Source: Gnetum montanum
Lineage: Eukaryota; Plantae; Gnetophyta
DNA length: 64,000 nucleotides
Reading direction: 5' to 3'
NCBI GenBank assembly: GCA_015680685.1
Contig: MNCI01000690.1
Span: 701,888 to 765,887, forward strand
A model generated the notes under the pieces. It worked only from the letters and a program-made list of their open reading frames with translations. It made no database searches and was not told the DNA's origin. Shown here piece after piece: positions 9,806-20,819 of the stretch (positions within the stretch are counted from its first letter, which is position 1; the number at the start of each line of letters is the position of its first letter). A program made the translations under genes and the position numbers.

Positions 9806-10939
9806 ACTACTTTTTGGTAAGCAGAGTTTTGCCAAGTCTTCTTCCATTACGGCAATAACATTGGCTTGGTTGATATAGAGGCAGCTGTATCCTCTAACAC
9901 GGCACACAGTCACGCACCATGCTTCAAAGTTTAAGCCAAGATCATGTTATCTGACTACATGCTGTGTTAATATTAAAATTTTTCTAGGATTGCATGATGC
10001 ATTATCTAAGTGTCTTGAACATGAAAGACATTATCCTCTTGCCTTTTAATGCTTTACCTTTTCTTATACTCCGTCAATCATTCTATTTAACACTGAATAA
10101 CTTCTAGAAAGCCCGTTTAAGCCCATTAAAGTGCCAGAAACCTTTGATCTCTTTTTCAAAAAATCATTTCTTTTTCGAATCAACTTAGACCAGGCAATAA
10201 ACGGAATCCCCTTTCAAAGCCTGCTCCATTAAACGGGTGAAATGTGCCAACCTTTTCTCATCACCCAGGAATTGTTTGGATACATACATACATGGTATTC
10301 ATTTTCATTTGGTTACATTTGTATTTCTTAGTGGGTATTCTAACATTTTGAGGTGCTTATGTAGGTTGCATTTCTTGGTAAGTATAATTTGTTTAGTTTT
10401 GGTTTTGTTTGGGTTAGGGGGTGATGATGGAATATTTCTATTAATTTTATTAATAGTTGAATTATTTAATTTAATTTAGTTACTTTTGTGATTTTGATAT
10501 CTTTAAAATTTTAAAGCTAACTTTTTGGATGTAGGTACCCCTATGCATGACTATCTAACTTTCCAATTCCTGATTTCAAAACTCATAAGGGAGTATTTAT
10601 AGTTTGTTTTCCCTACTCAATCTTAGGACTAATTTTCCTTTTATTTTTATGCCTTCTAGAAGATTCATTTAGTTATGAGAAAGATGAGATATATGTAGAA
10701 GTTGATGCTTACAATAATACTTTTTATGCATTATTGGAGTTGGATATAAGTGGCTACTGGTTATGTGTTTCTCCTAAGCTATGATGTTTAGCTGGTATTT
10801 GGTACTATGCAATGTTTGTTTTAATTTGTTGTGAGGATTTATACTTGCCTGTCTTTGGTGCAAACTTAAACTTTATTATAAATATTTATTATTGTAGTAT
10901 TGGATATTTTATTTAGTTTTTATTTAAATGATTATACTA

Positions 10940-11305
10940 AATTAGATCCAATAATTTTTAATGTTTTTATTAATCTTCATATTTGATAATTATTTCATTA
11001 TATCTTTGGTCCCTTGCATCGTACTAGTTATTATTAATGAATTGGTTAAGTTTCGTATGCATAGGACCATTTTCATTGTTTTCAATGTTTTTCTTTTCAT
11101 TGACATTTGTATTCAGATGATAGTACTACATTAGAGTCCAATAATTTTTTAATATTTTTATTAAGTTTCACATTTCATAATTATTTTGTTGGTTTTTTGG
11201 TCTCTTTCATCATGGCATTGTCCTATTTATTATTAATGAATGGGTTAGGTTTCATATGCATAGGATCATTATCATTATTTTTAATGTTTTTCTTTTCATT
11301 GATCA
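10940..11305. repeat. Diverged two-copy tandem repeat, about 190 bp unit
   Basis: ATTAGA(G)TCCAATAATTTTT...TATGCATAGGA...TTTTTCTTTTCATTGA occurs at about 10941 and 11130. Confidence 0.75.
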
Positions 11306-12029
11306 TATATATATTTGGCTATATGCACTTGTTTTTATGGATGCCTACTATTTTTGCCTATTACATTTTCTTTGGCATCCTATGTTTTTCTTAAGTTGTT
11401 ATTTATTTTATTTTTACCTTTTTATTTTTAATGTAATATCTATCTAGCCTAAGCCCTACTTGTGTTACACTAAGCTAGACATTCAAGACCTTTTTCTAGA
11501 AATTACCAAGGAAAGTGAACATGGAGTGATCAAATGGCAAAGAGTTCAATGCATCATGTACAATGAATGCATTATGTACAATGATACAAGGTGCAATTGC
11601 ATGTAAAATGCTTGGAGCGTCAAATAAAAAGACATTTTAGCATGTATTTCATTTACCAAGGAGATGTGTATGCAAAAATGTTTGTATGCAATGATCAAAA
11701 AATAGGAAAACACTTGGTTGTTGATGACAATTGAAAGCTGCAAGTTCTCAATTTGGATAGAACCACAAGAAGCACTCACTACCTCTTATGTGAAAAATCT
11801 AGGTGAGATGGAGGAGTTAAGATAATAAGTCTTCTAAGTAGAACATGCATAATAAGAAAACATTAATTAAGGGAAGTTGCAAGTTTCAAAGGAGTTGGTT
11901 CTAGAACCAATTAAGCTAAAGACATTAATAGAATTATTAGAATATGTTTTTCTCAAGAATGGAAAATTAGAAATTATTAATATTGAGCTATAGAAGAACA
12001 AAAGAAAAATCTATTAGAAGCAGTGATCA

Positions 12030-12930
12030 AGTGATTAATAATATTTTTGTGGCCCTATGATGAGATCACAGGCATTAATCCATGTATATGCTAACATCGC
12101 ATATACAAAAATCTTGCAATGAAGCCATAGCACCAACCATAGCACTATGATATCATTGGCATTCATCTAAGTCTTTATAAATGACTTCTTTACCAATGGA
12201 TTAAACTTTGAATAAGCACTAGAGCATCTAGAATAGGTACTCAACAAGTATGTGGAAATAAATTTGAAGCCTAACTAACAGAATAGCCACCCCATGGTCT
12301 AGGAAGGCATTGTCTGAGGACATTAATTTCCAAAAAAGGCATTTAGATGATTTTTGAAAAATAAATGTCATCTAAGAAATTACTAAAATGCCTCAAAGAG
12401 TAAAAAACATGAGGACATTCTTGGGAGCACATATGGTATTATAGGCTATTTATTGAAAATTTCTTAAAGATTTCCAAATCATTGGTAGAACTTATTAAGG
12501 CTATCAAGCTCCTTAAGAAAAGACTTGTAAAGAATCCAATTCAATGAATACTTGATTAATTAAGGCCCTTCCACATAATGACATATGTAATCAATTATGC
12601 CTTGGAAGTTGCATGTACATAGCTAGATGATTAGAAATGCCAATATTGCATCCACTATACAAATAGAAGCATTGTTAGTGTACAACTTAACTACTCCAAA
12701 ATGGAAAAGGAGTTGATGATGATGGTACACTTGAAAATTTTAGGAACTATGTATTTTGTTATCTAGTATTTATGTACATAAATCACAGTGCAATTTATTT
12801 CCTAATGAATAAACCAATGATGATTTTCTAATTCATTGGAGGGTTGGAAATCTGACAGAAATTCAATGTTGCAATGATTGATAAGAAGAGGATAGAAAAC
12901 ATTATTGTGAATGATTTATCCTAATTAATA
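12030..12930 (+). pseudogene. pol: Highly degenerate Athila-type pol (RT and RNase H)
   Basis: YDEITGINPCIC.HRI, FINDFF (FMDDF-like), EGIV.GH..SKKGI, GYYRLFIENF, PFHIM, QLNYSKMEKEL, with many stops and frameshifts. Confidence 0.75.
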
Positions 12931-12959
12931 AAAGATAACAAGATTGATGAAGAACCTTT

Positions 12960-15031
12960 ATCCAATTTGGGAAATAGTCAAGAGAAGGTGAAAAATATAG
13001 AAATAATGTGGGAACTCCAAGTTGAGCTTGAGAAAGGTTTCCTAGGGTTTTTGTCTTGTTTCTTAATAAATATGGTTTGTGTTTCATGCGGGTACCATAG
13101 AGAGATGGAATGAGATGTTAAAAAGATACATGTGAAGAGTGCATGAGTGTATTGTAGCTCTTGGTCAATAGAGTGAGTGTTGGCTTGGTGTCTCTTAAGT
13201 CTTGTGAGTTGAGATCTTAGTTCAAGGTTGTGGAAAAGAATTTCCATGAGTTATTTTTTGCATTGAGAATAACCATTGTGTGGTTGTAGAGCCTCATACA
13301 ATATTGCATTTTTTGAGTGTTTTAAGAAATTTTGGATCTTTTTTTAGGTTGTAAAATCCTATTGTAATCATTTCTTTGAATAATTAAAGATAGCTAATTT
13401 TCTTGTTTTTTAGAAAATTAATTATCTTTTTATAATATTTGGATTTAGTGTTGGAAAGTGAGTTAATATTAAAGTGAACTTGCTCTAGCTAAATATCAAT
13501 TTTGGAACCTTTATAAAGAGCTTGGCTTGATTTCTCCTCCACCTTCATGGTTTGCACATCTTTGCCCTTGACTACCATGTGAAGTGGACATTACCATTGC
13601 TTGTGTTCCCATTCTTCACATTTGAAGCATTGAATCTTGGATGAGCTATTGCCTAGATCATTTCCTCATTTACCTTGGTCTTTCTTAGCTTTGCCCTTCT
13701 CATCATCCTTCTTTGTCTTTTTGTCATGGCTACCATTCTTGTTTTCAGATTTGGATTTAGATTCCTTCTTAGATTTGGATGAATAGTTGCTACTAATTGT
13801 GATGATGTGTAGGTTGAACTTTCTACAAGTGTGCTAGACTTGAATGAGAAATATCCCAAGGTGTTTAAGGGGGAATTGGATGGATTGCCACCAATGAGAA
13901 ATGTACAACATTAGATTAATTTTATTCTGGGTGCTACCATTCCAAATGAGAGGGCTTACTAGATGGTACCAAATTATCATGTTGAATTGCATAGGTACGT
14001 AGAAGAGTTACTTACAAATGGTTTCATGAGGGAATCCATTTTACCTTATGTAGTTTTAGTAGTACTAGTTGCAAAATAGGATAGTGATGAATGGAGAAGG
14101 TGCATCAATTCTAGAGCAATGAATATGATAATAGTAAGTCACAAGTTTCCTATTCCAAGGATGGATGATATCCTTGATATTCTTACCAATGCGGAGCTTT
14201 TTAGCAAAATTGATTTGAAAAGTGATTAGCATCAAATTAGAATCAGACTTGATGATGAATGAAAGACATCTTTCAAGACATTGAATGGATTGTTTGAGTG
14301 GTTGGTGATGCCATTTGGTCTCATGAATGCACCTACTACATTCATGAGGTTGATGCATGATGTATTGAAGGACTTGATTGGTAAGCGTTGTATTATCTTT
14401 TTTGATGATATTTTGGTGTATAGCTCTAATGAGGAAGAGCACTTGGATCATTATGGATGGTGTTTCTTAAGTTGAAGGAGGCTAAGTTAGTGATCAAGGT
14501 GAAGAAATGCTATTTCTTCAAGAGGAAAATTACATGGAGCATGTGGTTTCTAGAAATTAGATTCAGATGGAAGCTACCAAGGTGAAGGCTATTAGGGATT
14601 GGCCAACTCCTAAGAATGTTGGGGAGGTATGATCATTCCTTAGTTTTGCAAGTTTCTATAGAAGGTTCATAAAAAATTTTAGCAGAATTTTGTAGACTAT
14701 GTTTGCTTTGTTGAAGAAAAATAAAGATTTCAAGTGGGATAAGAAAATCCAAAGGAGCTTTGACTTATTGAAAACAAAGATTATTAGTGAACCAGTACTT
14801 GTAATTATAGATTTTTAAAAAAATTTTTAGGTGAAGGTGGATGCAAGTGAACTTGCCATTGGTGAGGTCCTTTCACAAGAAGTTACACCTATTACTTTCT
14901 TTTTATAAAAATTGAATGAGTCAAGATAGAAATATAGCATATATGAGAAGGAGCTATACATAATTCTTCAAGGAATCAAGCATTGAAGGCATTACTTGTT
15001 GTTCAAAGAGTTCACTTTGATGATGGATCAC
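12960..15031 (+). mobile_element. Rearranged CRM-like chromovirus: LTR part, inverted gag fragment, RT-RNase H
   Basis: LTR part aligns with 2327-2450 and 31440-31600 (both reverse complement). Pol motifs [76 protein letters not shown]. Confidence 0.85.
13510..13810 (-). pseudogene. gag: Gag zinc-knuckle fragment in inverted orientation
   Basis: Minus strand SSKIQCFKCEEWEHKQW*CPLH (CX2CX4HX4C), homologous to 30225-30300. Confidence 0.75.
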
Positions 15032-18000
15032 TAATGAGTCATGATTTGCTTGGCTCCGATATTGGGGGTATGGATTGACCTATAAATATAGCGCTTGGGC
15101 ACATGATTTGGGCAATAGTTTTGCATTAGTTTTTCATAGTTTTGTCAATAGAGTAGCTAAACTCTTGAAATTTTATTCCATAATCTTACAAAATAGTCAA
15201 TGAGTGCCCACAGAGTGGATCTGAGTCAGTTGTATGGAGTCTTATCTGAGTGGCAATGTACCTGGACATATTCCATGAACAGTAATAAGATCGAGATTGA
15301 TTCTTATTCATTGCAGCACTTTGACCTAAATTAGATTTACTTTCCATGTAATTTAATTTTCATGTACTTAGTTAGTGTTTACATTTTCATGCATGTTAAT
15401 TAATTAGGCACATAAGTACAATTGCTTCAAGCATGCATATGACTCTTGGTAATCCTAGCAAAACTTAACGTTTGGTAACCCAGTAGCGTTATATGTGTTT
15501 AGGATGTGCATGGGAAGTGGGATCAGATATTTATGTTAGGGTAGTTGATTATTAATTAGCAATTAGATTAGTTGAATTGATTATAAATTGAGTTTCAACC
15601 TATTCTTAATCGTAGAACAATAAAATATAAAATAATAAAAATCATATGCCTCACTTTGGACTAAACCATACGTGACAAAGCTACTAGTAGTCCAAGTGAG
15701 AAGACAATGAATTGTGATCAAAGCATAGTGATCTAGATGCCACAACTAGTCCCATCCATGGAATTCAACTAGATCGTGCGTGAATGCTTGTGATTCGTAT
15801 GATTGGGCATAGGGGTACCTCACCACTTATCATTGGTGCCATTGTCAAGGATGATGCTAGTTATCTAGATTAGTTATATTATACGTGTTTGCTGTAAAGG
15901 TATTAATGATCTATCTTTTAGAAAACATTAATATTTTAAGTCACACACATTATCAAACAAAACCATGTCTTCTTCACATAGGACCAATAATGCATTGTAT
16001 GATGAAAGTAGTCATAGGAGAAATGATAGGATCTACACTGAAGAAAATTGGAGTGAATAACCTCAAACAGGTGTTTCCTATACTCATTTAGATCCTTACT
16101 ACACTCAAAGACTATATTCAATTGGTGCAAATAATCCTAGAGGAGATGGAGTAAGTCATAGATCAAGGAGGGCCTTAAGGCCTAGGGCCTCCTCTAAACC
16201 TAAACAAGATAAATCAAGGAACCATGGGGAGAACTATAGAAGCCATGGTGATTCTCCTAGTTCCGCATCTTCCTCTTCCTCTTCAATGTCTAGTTTTGAT
16301 GAAGATGAATGTAGGTATAGAGATAGAGCTCCACTATGGGGTGAAGATAATGATAGAAATTGGAGCGAAGGGAAAAATCAAAGATATCACAATGAACATA
16401 GACAAGATCGTCACAATCAAATGAATAGAAATAGAAATTTTCATTACAACATGTTTGATGACGATGAACCCTTGTTGGCCACTAAGAGCCTGATGTAGAT
16501 CACGCAGGCAGTTAAGATACCTCATAAGCATTGCAAGGATAGTCGCTTACCTAGGCTTGATATAAACAATATTCCTAAATTTTCGGGAGGCTACAACTTG
16601 AATCCACAACATCATATACAAGCCTTCCATGATGCTTGTGCCTCAGACAACATTGAGAATGGATGGCAAAAGCTCAAGCTCTTTCCTAGGACACTAATCA
16701 ATAGAGCCAAAGTGTGGTATCGATTGTTGAAACCAAATTCAATCCAACAATGGTCCACAATGTTGGAACTCTTCAATGAAAAATACCAAACCTATGCGAG
16801 GGTGTCCAACCTGAGGAGACAAAATCCAAGAGTGGAAGTAAGAAAATCATGAACCCTTGGATGTGGCCTTGGATAGATACTATTTGGTACTACATAGATG
16901 CCTAGGCCATGGTTTCTCTAAGGAAAGGAAACTTTTTCACATCATAGATGGGATTCATAATGAAACAAGGGAGACCCTTGGAATGTATGCTCCATGTCAA
17001 TTATAGAAGCTATGAACCCATCAGATCCAAGAGTTGATTGAGTGTATGGAAAAGGAAGAAGTAGAGCTATGCAAATGGGAGAATGTAGAGGAAAATAATT
17101 GGGACCCAACTCTTCAAAAGAAAAGTGTCCATATTTATGATAAGGAAAAAGAGGTAGCTATCATAGAGGAGAGAGTAGCGTAAAATGAATTAAGTAATCA
17201 CAATAAATGAAGGAAGCATAATCAAGAAATAGCTAGGAATGCTTTTCGACAAATAGAAAAAATAGCTGAAGGAAGTGAGGTTATAGACTCAACCACAGAT
17301 GAAGATAATGGATGTGATATTTGCATATATGACCATCTGAAGGGCCATTTCCTGGCCTTGTTGCATTTACATGAGTATTAGGCAAGGGCATTAAATCTAA
17401 AGTTTGTATAGAAGCACATGCCTAAGAGTTTTTCTTTTCCACAAGGTAATTGTAGACAGTCCTACGACCAACTATACTATCCTAGTGGGACTTATTACCA
17501 GCCTCAACATTGGCATCAACTACAATGGCAACAACCAAAGTTGTGGGGGAGCCCACCACCAAACTAGCCCTATCCTTTCTACCAATCGAACCCACACAGA
17601 TATTATGTTGAACACCCTATTTCACCAACTAGTTTTGCTTCCTCTACTTCAAATCACTACTACCACTTTCCTGAATATCATTATCCCGCAACATCTTATA
17701 TGAGATCACCACCTCACACCTCTCACCCTGCATCATATCCTCAATATTCTCATACTCACCTCCACCATATGTCACCTCTAACAACACAGAAAGATTCATC
17801 ATCACAACATCAATGAGAGAATGCCACTTGTGTTGCAAACATACATGTAAATGATTATGCTAGTAGATCTCAACCAAAGTCTTAAAAACATCCCTTCTAA
17901 AGGAAAGGTTCTAAGTTGAAGAAAAAAACTCATGGACCTACTACATCACCTAAACTAGCATAAGGCCAATCTGATGCAACAACCTTCTTCATAGAAATGA

Positions 18001-20819
18001 TGTCTCCTAATCATATGAAAAAGCCAACAACCATCACCACTCCAACACAAGACATAAATAATAAACTTATCATTGTGAAGTGACAGAAGAATCCATGCAT
18101 CACTAGTAATGATAAAGGGTGCAGTTGTGGGCTAGAAGTTCAAAATATTAACACAACCCCTATACTAGCCTATCATAAAGTTTAGGAGCAAGTGGGTGAG
18201 CAAAAGCCAATCAACGCAGTAGCTGCTAAACCAGAAGACACCCAATGGCTTGAAAATGAGAATATAAAACTGTTTCAAAGATGCATGGAAGTAACTGATT
18301 TGCTTATCAGTTCTAGAATTTTTTTATTCTTCATATGTTTTCCATTTCTTAATATTTTTCTTTTCTTTATATTTTTCTCTTTTCTTGAGTCATTCTCTTT
18401 ATGTTTTATGAATGTATTTTATGTTTTTATTAATAAAATTTCCAAGTCATGATGTAGAAGTCAATGCTATGTGTTGGGTTTTTTGTTCTATGCTATCAAG
18501 ATGATTGGGTAAGTGATTGTGTAAAGCAGTGAGACCACCTCATCCATCCCTCCAGTTCTTTGAATAAAAGGTCTTTTTCATGGAAACAATTTGGTTCTTC
18601 TTTTATGAAACTAAAATTAATCAATGATCATTGTACCTTAAAGAAAAAGGAAACGACCAAGAGGGAATGGTAAGGGTGTGACCTCAAGCGGACTTGTTGG
18701 GTTTTCTTCTTGACTTTCTTCATGTGGTTTATGACTCTTCTTGAAATGTATCATTACTCCTTTGTCGACTAATAAAAAGGAAGCTCTATCTTTGCATGGT
18801 GTGGTTCCCATCCCAAAAAAATAAAAATAAAAAAAAATAAAAAAAATGAAGAAAAAAAAAGAATAATGGGAATTCAAGGAACCCCCCTTAGACAAAATAA
18901 TGGGCTACAAGCACTGGTTATGGGGTTGGAAAGACATGTTACCCATGCTTCAAGGCACCCCTCTAACTAAGGCCCCTTTTTCCTTCTTCTCTTTTCTTCT
19001 CTTTTTAGAGTGATGATTGTTCTTTTAGGTGGATGTGGACTCATGGTGGTTGGTAGGATGGAACACATTAATGCAAGGTCATTGTTCATGGTATGGACTT
19101 GGTCTAAACTTGGACGGATAAGTATGTTGATCATTTTGATCACACTTGTTACAAGAACCTATTGTGGACATGGTCAAGTACCTTACATCCTGATCTCTGA
19201 AATAGCTTCTCATTCCATTATTCACCTCACTACTACATGCAATTATGAGCCTTTTGGTTTTGTATAGTATAGTGCAACATCCCAACGATGGCAATTGTGT
19301 GTTGTTTGGAACAAAGGTATGGTCTACATTTAACTTCTTGGGTGCCCATAGACATCTATAGAAGTGGGTATGTGAGGCATTATGGTAGGAGCTTGCTTTG
19401 GAAAGGACCCACTTACATAACTTTTGTTGATCATGGCTTTGAATTAATATTTAAATCTTCTAGAATATTAATGATGATTTCTTTGAATTTATGCATGGTT
19501 TTGGGACTACTTCTCATTTGTTTCATTAATTTTTCTACTTTTCTATTTTCATATCCATTAATATTTCTTGGCCATCTTTTGAATTAGACCTTTGGTTTCA
19601 ACTATTCAAAAACCTATGTGCTTCTGGAGTTATGCTTATTAGTCATGGGGGCTAGGGATGCTTGCTTTAAAATTTTCCAACATCCTATTTTTGAACATCA
19701 TGGTAAATAATAGTAATTGACCAAAATAATGTAAAAAACTTGATGAGTTTAGTTACCTCATAGCCTTGGGCATAGTATGTTGTATTCACCTTGTGCTTAA
19801 AAGAAAACTAAGGGATCTGAAAAGGGTTAATTATTAAGGAAAATTTACCACAACTAATGTTGATCCTTTGGTGACTACAGGTGATGCTAAAAGAAACACC
19901 TAAGGAAGAAGGTCATTTGCCAAGCATGAAAAAAAAGCCAAGAGAGGGACAATGGAGGATATGACCATGGGAAAATTGTAGCACATACAAGATAGTAGCT
20001 CAAAATTTTCATGCTTTCTAGATCCATGGGGTGATGAGAAGAAATTTTAGTCCACCCTTCAAGAATGTTCAGCATAACTAGAAAAGCATCAACATAATAA
20101 TCAAGGTTAAAATTTTACCACCACTAGCGAGAATAAGAAGAATCATCTTCAGTAGATTTTTAAAGACCTTTGTAAATTGTGTAATCTTCAATGTCTATCC
20201 AGTCTTTTTGTCACTCTGCCATTTTGTATGCATCCACTTGAATAAAATTTTATAATGCAACACTTAGAGTTAGTCAGTAGTTTGCATATTAGTTAATAAT
20301 CCCATACATTCCCAATATTTTGTAAGAAACTTGTCCCTCATTTTGTTTAACTCAAGGATGAGTTTTCATTCAGTTGTGGGGGTATGATGAGTCATGATTT
20401 TCTTGGCTCCGATATCAAATATCTGATATTGGGGTGTATGGATCAGCCTATAAATATAGCGCTTGGGCACACGGTTTGGGCAATAGTTTTGCATTAGTTT
20501 TTCATAGTTTGGTCAATAGATTAGTTGAAGTATTGCAATTTTATTCCGTAATCTTATAGAATAGTCAATGAGTTCCCATAGAGTGGATCTGAGTTAATTG
20601 TATGGAGTCTTATTTGAGTGGTAATTTACCTGGACATATTCCATAAATGATAATAAGGTCGAGATTAATTCTTATTCATTGCATCACTTTGACCTAGATT
20701 AGATTTACTTTCCATACAATTTACTTTTCATGTACTTAGTTAATATTTACATTTTCATGCATGTTAATTAATTAGGAACATTAGTACGGTTTCTTCAAGC
20801 ATGCGTATGACTCTTGGTA
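15032..20819 (+). mobile_element. Athila-like family A copy 2, gag-only (5' LTR 15032-15832, PBS 15834-15851, PPT about 20374-20384, truncated 3' LTR 20385-20819)
   Basis: The two LTRs align directly. PBS TGGTGCCATTGTCAAGGA. Athila-type 3' end CTCAAGGATGAG..GTTGTGGGGGTA-TG. It interrupts the CRM RNase H after ATCAC. No RT or integrase motifs found internally. Confidence 0.85.
16450..17400 (+). pseudogene. gag: Degenerate Gag of family A copy 2
   Basis: IPKFSGG, PQHHIQAFHDAC, KLKLFPRTLINRAKVWY, ELFNEKYQTYARV, CDICIYDH. Paralogous to 246-1330. Confidence 0.85.

Larger units (their letters stand above)
3614..10252 (-). mobile_element. Large solo-LTR-like element (outer copy, about 3.7 kb without the nested insert) carrying captured gene fragments
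   Basis: Left end TGTTGGTGACCATTTG matches the inner copy TGTTGGCGACCGTTTG. Right end AAATGTGCCAAC(C) matches the inner AAATGTGCCAACA. 3780-4601 aligns with 4670-5532, and 7511-7860 continues the alignment with 5533 onward. The TSD is imperfect (ATTTT vs CTTTT/TTTTC). Confidence 0.75.

Noticed and set aside
7890-10250. Pack-MULE, CACTA or Helitron as carrier of the gene fragments
   Set aside because: I found no long TIRs, 8-11 bp TSD, CACTA ends or Helitron hairpin-CTRR end. The fragments look spliced and co-oriented.
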